From Candidatus Moraniibacteriota bacterium (GTDB lineage: Bacteria; Patescibacteriota; Minisyncoccia; Moranbacterales; GWC2-37-73), in the NCBI GenBank assembly GCA_003507445.1, contig DNVR01000019.1, forward strand, positions 142,132 through 206,131: a stretch of 64,000 bases of DNA, written 5' to 3'. Below, piece by piece: positions 49,720-59,177 of the stretch. The translations under genes were made by a program, and so were the position numbers. The notes beneath the pieces were generated by a model, which was not told where the DNA came from, searched no databases, and saw nothing but the letters and a program-made list of their open reading frames with translations. Numbering within the stretch: the first letter of the stretch is position 1; the number at the start of each line of letters is the position of its first letter.

Positions 49720-50101
49720 GATTGAAAATATAAAATTAAAGCTAAAATACTTTTTTTCACAAGAGTTTTTTCGTAGTGCGCTAATTCAGTGGGTTATGAT
49801 CTGTGCATTTTTTGTTAATCTTGCAAATTGGGGTGCGATTGCATATTTCATCAGACCAGTTGATTTTCCTATCATTCTTCACTATAATGTATATTTCGGG
49901 GTGGATGTGATTGGGGCATGGTGGCAAATGTACTTTTTGCCCCTAATTGGATTGGTTATTCTGAGTGTAAATGCGGTATTGGGGTATTTGTTTTATCAGC
50001 AAAAAGAGCGAATAGTAGCCCATTTGTTGATGTTGGCAACCTTTATAGTTCAAATCTGCATCACTATTGCAGTATCAAGCCTGCTGTTGATAAACTACTA
50101 A
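49706..50101 (+). CDS. Small three-TM membrane protein
   Basis: ILHYNVYFGVD motif. Confidence 0.75.
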   Translation: MNFFKIENIKLKLKYFFSQEFFRSALIQWVMICAFFVNLANWGAIAYFIRPVDFPIILHYNVYFGVDVIGAWWQMYFLPLIGLVILSVNAVLGYLFYQQKERIVAHLLMLATFIVQICITIAVSSLLLINY

Positions 50102-50110
50102 TAATTATTT

Positions 50111-50162
50111 GTCATCCTGAACTTGTTTCAGGATCTAGATTCCGGATCAAGTCCGGAATGAC
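50111..50162. repeat. GTCAT-type REP doublet with no spacer
   Basis: GTCATCCTGAACTTGTTTCAGGATCT-AGATTCCGGATCAAGTCCGGAATGAC. Confidence 0.85.
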
Positions 50163-50171
50163 ACAGCTATT

Positions 50172-51860
50172 ATGTTTTATTTTCCAAGTCCAAAAACAAC
50201 TGATTTGAAAGAACGAAGAGTTCAGCGCACATTGGAAATGATTCCGGGTATTTTGACATGGGTCACTCTTATTGGGATGTTGGTGGCTTCATTTTTGCTG
50301 CCAATTTGGATTGCAGTTTTTATCATAATGTTTGATATTTATTGGATTTATCGTACTATTTTTATTACTTATTATTCCATCGTTGCTTATAATAAACTTC
50401 AAAATGGTAAAATGATTGACTGGTGGGAAAGATGTCAAAATATCGTTCACCCAAAAGAATATGCTCAAACTATATACGACCGTATGGCGCAATTGAAATT
50501 GAGTCTTAGGAAGAACAAGATGACATTCACTGAAAGAAGAACTTTAAAAAGGGAGATTGCAAGACTGGCGGAATATAAAAGGGAAGTTCAATATATTGCA
50601 ACGGAAAAGATTGACGTGCTTGATTGGCGCAAAATTGTGCATGTTGTTCTTTTGCCGACCGCCAATGAACCTGCGGATGTTATTGAACCAGCTATCCAAG
50701 CTGTTGCTGACAGCAATTTCCCAAATCAACAGATTATTATTCTTCTGGCAACAGAGGAACGTGAAAATGAGCAAAACAGATTGGAGAAAGTAAATTATTT
50801 GCAGGATAAATTCAAAGGAGTTTTCAAGGACTTCTTGGTTACTACTCATGAAGTGCAAGATAATGAAATGAAATGCAAGGCATCAAATGCAACTTATGCC
50901 GCCAAGAAATTGATGGTGTATTTGGATGAAAGGGATATTGATTATAAGCGGGTTATTTTTTCAAATTTTGATTGTGACAGTGTGTGTCATCCTCAATATT
51001 TTGCAGCGCTAACTCATGCATATATTACTGATCCTAAGCGTCTGCAACGCTCATATCAGCCTTTGCCGATGTATCACAATAACATCTGGGATACTAATGC
51101 ATTTGTGCGCGTTATTGTGACAGGTTCTTCTTTTTGGCATATGTTTCAAAGCACAAGGGTGCAGATGGTAACTTTTTCATCACACTCTGAACCTTTTGAC
51201 ACATTGGTAAAGGTTAACTTTTGGCCTTTGGATATGATCAGTGAAGATTCGATTATATATTGGAAATGTTATGCTTATTATCACGGAGATTATATGGTAA
51301 GGCCTATTTATTTGCCGATTTCTCTTGATGCAGTTTTGGCTGAAACATATTGGAAAACTATCAAAAATCAATACAAGCAAAAAAGGCGTTGGGCATATGG
51401 AATTGAAAATTTTCCAGTGATTATGCGAGCTCTTTGGCCTGATAAGACAATTTCTTTGTATAGAAAATTTAGAATAGGATTTGAAATGATCGAAGGACAT
51501 CATTCTTGGGCAACGTCAGCCTTCATTTTGGCGCTCTTGGGTTGGCTACCACTCATCTTTGGTGGACCAGCCTTTAACCAAAGCGTGTTGGCTCACAATC
51601 TGCCTTTCGTGACTCGTTATTTGATGACTCTTGCAATGGGTGGATTGGTTATTTCGATGTTTCTTAGTTTTGTGCTTTTGCCACCGCGTCCTGCAAAATA
51701 TGGTAAAAAACGATATATCTATATGTTTTTGCAATGGTTTTTGGCTCCTATTATTGCACCTACACTCGGAGCTATTCCTGCCATTGATTCGCAGACGCGT
51801 ATTTTGTTCAAGCAATATTTTGGAGAATTTTGGGTAACAGACAAAATACGTAAGAAGTAG
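50172..51860 (+). CDS. Membrane GT2 glycosyltransferase, processive type
   Basis: DCD, SED and QKRRW motifs; flanking TM helices. Confidence 0.85.
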   Translation: MFYFPSPKTTDLKERRVQRTLEMIPGILTWVTLIGMLVASFLLPIWIAVFIIMFDIYWIYRTIFITYYSIVAYNKLQNGKMIDWWERCQNIVHPKEYAQTIYDRMAQLKLSLRKNKMTFTERRTLKREIARLAEYKREVQYIATEKIDVLDWRKIVHVVLLPTANEPADVIEPAIQAVADSNFPNQQIIILLATEERENEQNRLEKVNYLQDKFKGVFKDFLVTTHEVQDNEMKCKASNATYAAKKLMVYLDERDIDYKRVIFSNFDCDSVCHPQYFAALTHAYITDPKRLQRSYQPLPMYHNNIWDTNAFVRVIVTGSSFWHMFQSTRVQMVTFSSHSEPFDTLVKVNFWPLDMISEDSIIYWKCYAYYHGDYMVRPIYLPISLDAVLAETYWKTIKNQYKQKRRWAYGIENFPVIMRALWPDKTISLYRKFRIGFEMIEGHHSWATSAFILALLGWLPLIFGGPAFNQSVLAHNLPFVTRYLMTLAMGGLVISMFLSFVLLPPRPAKYGKKRYIYMFLQWFLAPIIAPTLGAIPAIDSQTRILFKQYFGEFWVTDKIRKK

Positions 51861-51865
51861 TTAAT

Positions 51866-53320
51866 ATGGACTATTCTCTTTATTTAATGCCGATGTTTTC
51901 TTCTTTGCTGATTTCAGTATCGCTGCTTATTTTATTGATTTCATTTGGCCAAAAATATTCAAATGATGATGGTAGGACTTCCAATAGACATATTCATAAA
52001 AAAGGAATTTTGCGTTTTGGTGGGATAGCTTTAATTTTATCCTTTTTGTTTGCAATCTTGTTGGACAAAAATCTTGTCATAGGCGCGCCCTTGCTTGGCG
52101 TGCTTTTTGGTTCTTTGCTAATTTTGGTTTTGGGTGTTATTGATGATTTCAAGCAAATAGTATGGAAAAAACAACTTTTCTTTCAATTTTTGATTGTGAT
52201 TTTTGTGTATATTATGGGTGTGCATCTCGAATATGTGACAAATCCTTTTGGTGGAGTGCTGATGCTTGATGCTGATTGGGGATACGTATTTGGTTTTTTG
52301 ATTTCCACTGTATGGATTATCTTTCTTATGAATGCAATGAATTGGATTGATGGCATTGATGGTGTGGTTGGGGGTGTTGGACTCATTGGAATAATAGCGA
52401 TTTTCTTTTTAAGTTTACGGCCGGAAGTTAATCAGCCTCCTATCGGAATTATTGCGGCTGCTTTTGCAGGCAGTCTTGTTGCATTTTTGTTTTTTAATTT
52501 TTATCCCGCAAAAATTTTAGCCGGGAGTAGCGGCTCGATGTTTATAGGTTTTATTTTGGCGGTTCTGGCGATTTTCGCTGGAGCAAAAATCGCAACCACC
52601 TTGCTTGTGCTGGCCGTGCCCATTATCGATGCGCTCTGGGTTATTGGTGAGCGCTTCAAAGCAGGAGTTTCAATTTTTTCGGGAGATAGAAGACATCTGC
52701 ATTTTAGGCTGCTGGAGCTTGGTTGGTCGCAAAGAAGCATTTGTCTTTTTTATTACACAATAACGGCGTTAGTTGCATTTATAGCACTTAACACGCAAGC
52801 TTTGGAAAAAATGATTGCACTTTTTCTCGTCACGATCGTTGTGCTTGTGTTTTTCGTGATTATTCGCAGAAAAATGGAAATTAAAAAAATAGTGTTATTG
52901 ATTTCGGCGCTTGTTATTTTTGTGTTTGCGATTGGTTATGTGTCAAAAAGGGTATATTCTTTTGCTGGCAATCGAATTGTTGCTGCTAATATTAAAAATA
53001 ATATTTTTTATGCCGAAGTTGTTTCCAGTAGTCAGAAAATGCAAAAAGGACTGGGCGGTAGAGTTGGTATTTGCGAGAATTGTGGTATGCTCTTTGAATT
53101 TCAAAAATCTTCGCAACATGCATTTTGGATGAAAGATATGAAATTTCCTTTGGATATCTTGTGGATTTTGAAAAATGAAATTGTTTATATTGAAAAAAAC
53201 ATCAAACCAGATTTGGTTGGCATTCTTATGCCAAATAGCGATGCAGATAAGGTTTTGGAGCTTAACGCCGGCACGGTGGACGGTCTTGGCATTGAGATTG
53301 GGGACACGGTTACCTTTTAG
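51866..53320 (+). CDS. WecA/TagO (MraY-family) phosphoglycosyltransferase fused to a DUF192-like domain
   Basis: GVIDD, NAMNWIDGIDG, FNFYPAKI, DRRHLH; C-terminal GMLF..FWMKDMKFPLDI..VLELNAG. Confidence 0.85.
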   Translation: MDYSLYLMPMFSSLLISVSLLILLISFGQKYSNDDGRTSNRHIHKKGILRFGGIALILSFLFAILLDKNLVIGAPLLGVLFGSLLILVLGVIDDFKQIVWKKQLFFQFLIVIFVYIMGVHLEYVTNPFGGVLMLDADWGYVFGFLISTVWIIFLMNAMNWIDGIDGVVGGVGLIGIIAIFFLSLRPEVNQPPIGIIAAAFAGSLVAFLFFNFYPAKILAGSSGSMFIGFILAVLAIFAGAKIATTLLVLAVPIIDALWVIGERFKAGVSIFSGDRRHLHFRLLELGWSQRSICLFYYTITALVAFIALNTQALEKMIALFLVTIVVLVFFVIIRRKMEIKKIVLLISALVIFVFAIGYVSKRVYSFAGNRIVAANIKNNIFYAEVVSSSQKMQKGLGGRVGICENCGMLFEFQKSSQHAFWMKDMKFPLDILWILKNEIVYIEKNIKPDLVGILMPNSDADKVLELNAGTVDGLGIEIGDTVTF

Positions 53321-53331
53321 CTGCTAAACAC

Positions 53332-53480
53332 AATTTATGCTTCTAAGTCTCAATAGATTGGTGCATTTTTGTTTTGCCTGTTTTCTTTTGAGGCAACAGA
53401 GAGCGACAGCGAACTCTTAGCGAGCAATCATAGTTCTTCGATTGCGAAGCGTGCCGAGAAGGGAAGCAGGCAAAACAAAA
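53332..53480. repeat. Dispersed ~150-bp repeat, copy B
   Basis: Same left flank and IRs as 23107; the 86-bp core is the reverse complement, with two mismatches seen. Confidence 0.9.
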
Positions 53481-53541
53481 GCTCCTTTTTTTGAGCTATA
53501 ACTTTAGTGTGGTTTTTTTTGGGAAAACAAGAAAAATAGGC

Positions 53542-53576
53542 AACATAAAACCCCGCTTTTGCGGGGTTTTATGTTT
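53542..53576. terminator. Bidirectional terminator
   Basis: AACATAAAACCCCGC-TTTT-GCGGGGTTTTATGTT. Confidence 0.8.
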
Positions 53577-53637
53577 TTAACTTCTTTTCCGGAAAAGAAC
53601 AGTTTTGTGAAACAAATATTTTCTTAAATTTTTTCAC

Positions 53638-54234
53638 TTAGAGTGAAGAAACTCGAGCTGAATATTTTTGAAGATTTTTCAACTGGTTTTCATTAAGTGT
53701 CTTGGATGCAGCAATTGCTTTTTGGATCAAATCTTTTGAAAATTCTACATTTGTTCCAACGCGAACGCCACCTTTATGTCCAACAGCTTTTCTTAGGTAA
53801 TCTTCGATGTAGATCTTGTGTTCTTTTGTCAAAGTTGAATCCTGGTTTTTTTCGAGATAATTCGCAGTTGCTCTACGAGCAAGAACAGTCAATCCGTCAC
53901 CTCTACCTGCAGTTTCAACGAATGAAACCTCGGTTTCTTTGCTTGTTTGAGCAGGAGAAACAGCTGGTTTGGTGTCTTTGTTTTCTGTTACTTTTGCTTC
54001 TTCTGTTTTGTCAGCAACTTTTTCTTCGTCAGTGGTTGCGTCGCTTTCTTCAGTTGCTTGCTGCTGATCAGCTACGATAGGAGAATCTGTTCTTTTTGAA
54101 TATGAATAAATTCCTCCGGCAATGATAATAACGATTGCAACACTGATGATAATGCGAAGATTATCTTGAAACCATCTTTTTAGTTGTTCAGACTTCTCTT
54201 CTTGGGTTTCTGTTTCTGGTGTGTATTCTTCCAT
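53638..54234 (-). CDS. Membrane-anchored hypothetical protein, possibly LysM-like
   Basis: One TM, acidic linker, AGRGDGLT.LAR; GAAGGTGA SD. Confidence 0.75.
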   Translation of the reverse strand: MEEYTPETETQEEKSEQLKRWFQDNLRIIISVAIVIIIAGGIYSYSKRTDSPIVADQQQATEESDATTDEEKVADKTEEAKVTENKDTKPAVSPAQTSKETEVSFVETAGRGDGLTVLARRATANYLEKNQDSTLTKEHKIYIEDYLRKAVGHKGGVRVGTNVEFSKDLIQKAIAASKTLNENQLKNLQKYSARVSSL

Positions 54235-55094
54235 ATGTGATTTCACCTTCCTTTCTAGTTTAATCCCGCGTCCAGTGAGGATGCGGGAATTGAATGATTA
54301 ATTGTCAAAGGGCGCTTTCGTTGAAGCTTTATCCGCCTCTGGCGATTTCAATCGCTTTAGGAGACAAATTCTTCCTTTAGTCTTTTCATTGTATCTTAGC
54401 CAAATTTGAGCGTCAACTAGACAAAAAGCCTGTTTTTTGGCGTAATAAAGCATAAAACATATAGCGTACAACATGCAACAAACAACAAACAACATTGTAA
54501 CCCCAGTTAAATATTGTGGAGTACCACAATTTAACAGGATAAATATATAACAAAAAATAATATAAATTGATGTAAAATTATTGGTTTATAATTTATAACA
54601 AAGTTTAAATAAAATATTTTTTTATAAAAATATGAGAGATTGAAAAATACAAAAAGTTAAAAAATAATTTTTTCAAAAAAAAGTCTGCGTAGAAAATATT
54701 TTTTAGAAATTTTATTTCAAGATAGATGTATAAATATAATGTGAGATAAGATAGTGGATATGGTGTTAAAATGTTTTTTAAAATTTAAAAGTTAAAATTT
54801 AAAATTTTGTGATGCTGTGGATAACTTTTTTGCATTGCTTTTTAAAAAATATCCACTATAATTAAGGTAATGGAAAAAAGATTTTTTGAAAATATTTTTT
54901 CTGTGAAATAAAAACATTAAAAGCAAAAATTAAAAATTAAAAATATTTGTTTTCTGAAAAAGTATTTAGAACTTTAGACTTTGGCCCGCACCTTTTCTGA
55001 TGATTGCAATTGAAATCAAAAGAGATGGTGCGGGACAAACGAGTCTTGCTAGATATTCGTATAAGAGCAAATTTACGAAAGGAGGTGTTTTACC

Positions 55095-55265
55095 ATGGCA
55101 GTTAAAAAAGCAAAAAAGAAAGTTGCAAAAAAAGTAGTTAAAAAAGTTGCAAAGAAAGCTGTAAAAAAAGCAGTTAAAACTGTAAAAAAAGCAGTTAAAA
55201 AAGCAGCTCCAAAAAAAGCTGTAAAGAAAGTTGCAAAAAGAAAAGTAGCAAAGAAACGAAAATAG
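55095..55265 (+). CDS. Histone H1-like Lys/Ala/Val-rich protein, 56 aa (absent from the ORF track)
   Basis: AGGAGGTG SD; MAVKKAKKKVAKKVVKKVAKKAVKK..; terminator at 55326-55359. Confidence 0.85.
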   Translation: MAVKKAKKKVAKKVVKKVAKKAVKKAVKTVKKAVKKAAPKKAVKKVAKRKVAKKRK

Positions 55266-55371
55266 TTTTCTTTTGATACATGTTTTTTATTTTTTGGCTT
55301 CATTGAAAGCCTAAATATATCAACAAACTAAAACCCGCCAATTTGGCGGGTTTTAGTTTTGAGGAAAAGTT

Positions 55372-55485
55372 GTCATTCCGGACTTGATCCGGAATTCAGG
55401 ATTAGCACGTTAAACTTTAAATAATATTTTTCTCAATTTTAAATCCGTAGTTCAAATCCTGGATTCCCGCCTACGCGGGAATGAT
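55372..55485. repeat. GTCAT-type REP doublet
   Basis: GTCATTCCGGACTTGATCCGGAAT..GGATTCCCGCCTACGCGGGAATGAT. Confidence 0.85.
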
Positions 55486-55495
55486 AATGAATTTT

Positions 55496-56386
55496 TTATT
55501 TAATTTCTATTTTACACACTCTCCATTTACCAGCTAAGTCTTTTTTGAATTCTGGCTTGGTTTTTGGGAAAATGCTTTTGATAAGTTTTGCGAGTGGTTG
55601 TTTTTGCTCGGGACTGATCTCTAAAAAACATGTGACATGTGACAATTGACAATTGGCAAGAAAATCCTGGAGTTGTTCTAATAATTTGCGGTAATGTTGC
55701 AGTCCGGCTTCTGGACTGTAAAGTGCAGATTTTGGTTCGAATTTTTTGACATCAATTGGAGCTGAAGAATAAATTTCTTTTGAGAGATAGGGAAGATTAG
55801 CCACGATTACTATCGTGGAATTTCCAATTTCCAATTTCCAATTTCCAATAAATGGTTCAAGTAAACTTCCGTGGAGGAATTTGATTTTTTTATCAACGCC
55901 ATTCGCGGCAGCATTTTTCTTGGCAATGGTTAATGCTTCCTTGCTGATGTCGATTCCAAAGTATTCAACTTTGTCATTCCCGCGGAGGCGGGAATCCAGG
56001 TTTGCGATGGAGATAATAATATTTCCAGATCCTGTCCCAATGTCAACAATTCCTAAATTGGAAATTGGAAATTGGAAATTGGAAATTTCGTTGAGCACCA
56101 GCTCAACGAGTAGTTCCGTTTCTGGTCTTGGGACGAGAGTGTGTTTATTTACGATAAAATCCAATCCATAAAATTCCTTATGACCAAGGATGTAGGCGAT
56201 AGGCTCTCCTTTGAGGCGACGATTAATTTGAAATTTGAAATTTGAAATTTGAAATTTTGTTAATTTATATTCTGGATATGTTAAAACAAACTCCCTTGTT
56301 TTACCAAGAGAGTTTGCTATTAGGATTTCTAAATCCAAATAGTCTAGTTTATTTGTATATTTTTGGATAATTTCTGAAATTGTCAT
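55496..56386 (-). CDS. prmC: Release factor glutamine methyltransferase with several repeat insertions
   Basis: GEPIAYILG, LVPRPETE, DIGTGSG, ANLPY, FEPKSAL; downstream of prfA. Confidence 0.95.
   Translation of the reverse strand: MTISEIIQKYTNKLDYLDLEILIANSLGKTREFVLTYPEYKLTKFQISNFKFQINRRLKGEPIAYILGHKEFYGLDFIVNKHTLVPRPETELLVELVLNEISNFQFPISNLGIVDIGTGSGNIIISIANLDSRLRGNDKVEYFGIDISKEALTIAKKNAAANGVDKKIKFLHGSLLEPFIGNWKLEIGNSTIVIVANLPYLSKEIYSSAPIDVKKFEPKSALYSPEAGLQHYRKLLEQLQDFLANCQLSHVTCFLEISPEQKQPLAKLIKSIFPKTKPEFKKDLAGKWRVCKIEIK
55973..55999. repeat. GTCAT-type (RPE/dRS3-like) palindrome in frame in prmC
   Basis: GTCATTCCCGCGGAGGCGGGAATCCAG; reads LDSRLRGND on the minus strand. Confidence 0.85.
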
Positions 56387-56418
56387 TTTGAAATTGAGAT
56401 TTTATTAGACATTAGAAA

Positions 56419-57492
56419 TTAGGAATTAGACATTTTTAACCTCGTGTCTTCTTCTCGGATAGCTTCAATAATAGGGTCGATGTTTCCATCCAAAATTCCT
56501 TCCATATTGCTCCAAGATTGTTTGATGCGATGGTCAGTAATGCGATCTTGTGGATAATTGTAAGTTCTGATTTTTTCAGAGCGGTCGCCGGTTCCAACTT
56601 GGCTTTTGCGAGCATCTCCCAATTCTTTGGCCTTTCTTTCTTCTTCGGCTTGCAAAAGACGAGAGCGCAAAACTTTCATAGCCTTGTCTTTGTTTTTGAG
56701 TTGTGATTTTTCATCTTGGCAGGAAACAACCACGCCAGTTGGAATATGCGTAATACGCACGGCACTTTTGGTTGTGTTTACTGATTGTCCTCCAGGACCG
56801 GATGAACAAAAAGTGTCGATTCGCAAATCGTTTTCACTGATAACCAAATCAACCTCTTCAGCTTCAGCGAGAACAGCCACGGTTGCAGTTGAAGTATGGA
56901 TTCGTCCTTGTTTCTCTGTTTCAGGAATTCTTTGCACTCGATGCACTCCAGATTCGAATTTCATTTTTTGATAAACTGGATTTGTTGGGGTTCCGCTAAT
57001 TTCGAAAACAACTTCCTTGAAGCCTCCTAATTCTGTGCGATTTGAATTTAACACATCCAGCTTCCAATTGTTTTTCTCGGCAAATTTGGAATACATACGA
57101 AAAAGGCTGGCAGCAAAAAGAGCAGATTCATCTCCGCCTGCACCACCACGAATTTCCACAATAATGTTTTTGTCATCATTTGGATCTTTTGGCAAAAGCA
57201 TTATTTCAAGTTCTTTTTCAATCTCAGCTTTTCTTTTTGCTAATTCAATGTTTTCAGTTGTTGCCATTTCTTTCATTTCTGCGTCGTCGTCGGTGTTCAT
57301 AATTTCAGCATTGCCTTTCATTTCTTGCTCAATTTTTTCATATTCATTGATTTTCTGCATCAATCCTTGAAGTTCACTTTGGCGTTTGCCAAGCTGTGCC
57401 ATTTTTTTTGCATCATTAAAAATCTCCGGAGAACTTAGCTCGGCCGTGATTTCGTTATATTCCTTTTTAATTGCATCTAATTGTGATTTCAT
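56419..57492 (-). CDS. prfA: Peptide chain release factor 1
   Basis: [13 protein letters not shown] (PxT), [18 protein letters not shown]. Confidence 0.98.
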   Translation of the reverse strand: MKSQLDAIKKEYNEITAELSSPEIFNDAKKMAQLGKRQSELQGLMQKINEYEKIEQEMKGNAEIMNTDDDAEMKEMATTENIELAKRKAEIEKELEIMLLPKDPNDDKNIIVEIRGGAGGDESALFAASLFRMYSKFAEKNNWKLDVLNSNRTELGGFKEVVFEISGTPTNPVYQKMKFESGVHRVQRIPETEKQGRIHTSTATVAVLAEAEEVDLVISENDLRIDTFCSSGPGGQSVNTTKSAVRITHIPTGVVVSCQDEKSQLKNKDKAMKVLRSRLLQAEEERKAKELGDARKSQVGTGDRSEKIRTYNYPQDRITDHRIKQSWSNMEGILDGNIDPIIEAIREEDTRLKMSNS

Positions 57493-57553
57493 TGATTTTT
57501 TGTTACAATACAGCTATAATTTTAGCTTTAAAAAAGGGAAAAGTCAAACACTT

Positions 57554-57802
57554 ATGAAAAATAAAAAAATGTTAAATTCCTTAACGCAGTTTGCTCTGCC
57601 AGTTTTAACATTGGGTGGACAATTTGCTATTGCAATTAAATTTCCAAAATACGGTTTATTGTTGGCACTGGCTTCACAACCATTTTGGCTGTATTCATCT
57701 TGGAAGGCTTACAGAGAAGCTGGGCAAATTGGCATATTTATTAACACAGTGTTTTTTTGTTTAATAACTTTGTTTGGTGTTGTGAATTACTGGGTATTTT
57801 AA
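57554..57802 (+). CDS. Small three-TM membrane protein
   Basis: GLLLALASQPFWLY; terminator follows. Confidence 0.65.
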   Translation: MKNKKMLNSLTQFALPVLTLGGQFAIAIKFPKYGLLLALASQPFWLYSSWKAYREAGQIGIFINTVFFCLITLFGVVNYWVF

Positions 57803-57849
57803 AAAGGAGTCCTTTCGGACCCCTTTTTAATTTCAAGAAGATGTTTGTC

Positions 57850-58095
57850 TTATTTTTTAACTCGTGCTTTTTTTGGTGCAACTTTCTTGGCAGCAGCCTT
57901 TTCAGCAAGTTTTTTGAAGCGATCAACACGTCCTGTTGTGTCGAGGACTTTCTTTTTACCAGTATAAAAAGGATGACAAGCTGAGCAGATTTCAACGTTC
58001 ATTTCTTTCAATGTTGAACCTGTTTGCAGTGTTGCTCCACAAGAGCAAATTATTTTTGCATCGCTGTGATATTCGGGGTGGATTTTCTTTTTCAT
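57850..58095 (-). CDS. rpmE: 50S ribosomal protein L31 (Zn-binding type)
   Basis: [29 protein letters not shown]. Confidence 0.97.
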   Translation of the reverse strand: MKKKIHPEYHSDAKIICSCGATLQTGSTLKEMNVEICSACHPFYTGKKKVLDTTGRVDRFKKLAEKAAAKKVAPKKARVKK

Positions 58096-58187
58096 AAGGT
58101 CTACAAAATTACAAATAATTACAAAAATACAAAATTACAAATAATTCAAGAATTTGTACTCAGAAAGCCTAACATAGTAAGAGAAAA

Positions 58188-58422
58188 TTGACAAGGGGTG
58201 GGTCCTGCGCTATACTGAGTCTTGTACCTGCCCAGTTAAATTTATTAGTATTTAACAGGGTTACTAATTAACAAAAAGCATACTTTTTCTGGTCAGTCCT
58301 GTCTCAAAAAAATGAGATTTCTGGCTAATAAAAGGGAAAAAGTAGGTGGTCGCTCTGCGACATAAAGGAAACTCGCGCTGGAAAGCCTCATTTTTGGGGA
58401 GATTTAGCTAGGGTAAAAAAAT
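58188..58422 (+). promoter_or_regulatory. rpsB-tsf promoter and structured leader (possible S2 autoregulatory RNA)
   Basis: TTGACA-17-TATACT; TACTTTTTC/GAAAAAGTA stem, then GGT and a GTCGC/GCGAC hairpin. Confidence 0.5.
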
Positions 58423-59175
58423 ATGCAAAACAACGAAACTGCTGTAGCAGTAGAAGAAAAAGAAGGGCGAGAAAGCTATTTCGCTTCTCTTGATGTGTCT
58501 AAAATTGAGCAAAGTCTTGAGGAAATGATGAAGGCTGGTGTGCATTTTGGTCATCAAAAAGCTCGCCGAAACCCAAAAATGGATGAATATATCTTTACAA
58601 CTCGTAAAGGAATCAACATTATTGATCTTCAAAAGACTCAGGAAAAAATCCAAGAAGCGCTTGATTTTCTTGTCGGTGTGAAGAAAAGCGGTAAAGCAAT
58701 TCTTTTTGTTGGAACAAAAATTCAAGCTAAGGAACTTGTGAGAGATTTGGCAGGAGCTTTGCAAATGCCATTTGTTAGTGAAAGATGGCTTGGTGGAACA
58801 TTTACAAATTTTAAGGTTATTCGCGGACGAACTCGATATTTGGTTGACAGTGAGGGAATGCTTGCTCGTGGTGAATTCAAGAAATATACAAAGTTTGAGC
58901 AAATGAAAAAAATGGAAGAATTGGAAAAGATGGAAAAAAGAATGGGTGGAATCAAAAATATGGCAGATCTTCCCGGAGTAGTTTTTGCTGCAAGTATTAA
59001 AGAAGATAACCTAGCAATTACTGAAGCTAAGAAAATGGGTATTCCTGTGATTGCAATTGCTGATACAAACGTGGATCCATCTCAAATTGATTTTCCAATT
59101 CCTGCAAATGATGATGCAATTTCATCTCTCAGACTTATCCTTTCTTATGTTTATAAGTCAATCAAAGAAGCATAA
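58423..59175 (+). CDS. rpsB: 30S ribosomal protein S2
   Basis: AGVHFGH, ILFVGTK, RWLGGTFTN, DTNVDP, PANDD. Confidence 0.98.
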   Translation: MQNNETAVAVEEKEGRESYFASLDVSKIEQSLEEMMKAGVHFGHQKARRNPKMDEYIFTTRKGINIIDLQKTQEKIQEALDFLVGVKKSGKAILFVGTKIQAKELVRDLAGALQMPFVSERWLGGTFTNFKVIRGRTRYLVDSEGMLARGEFKKYTKFEQMKKMEELEKMEKRMGGIKNMADLPGVVFAASIKEDNLAITEAKKMGIPVIAIADTNVDPSQIDFPIPANDDAISSLRLILSYVYKSIKEA

Positions 59176-59177
59176 TA

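Noticed and set aside
55073-55303. Minus-strand Phe/Thr/Ala-rich ORF
   Set aside because: Antisense shadow of the SD-led histone-like gene
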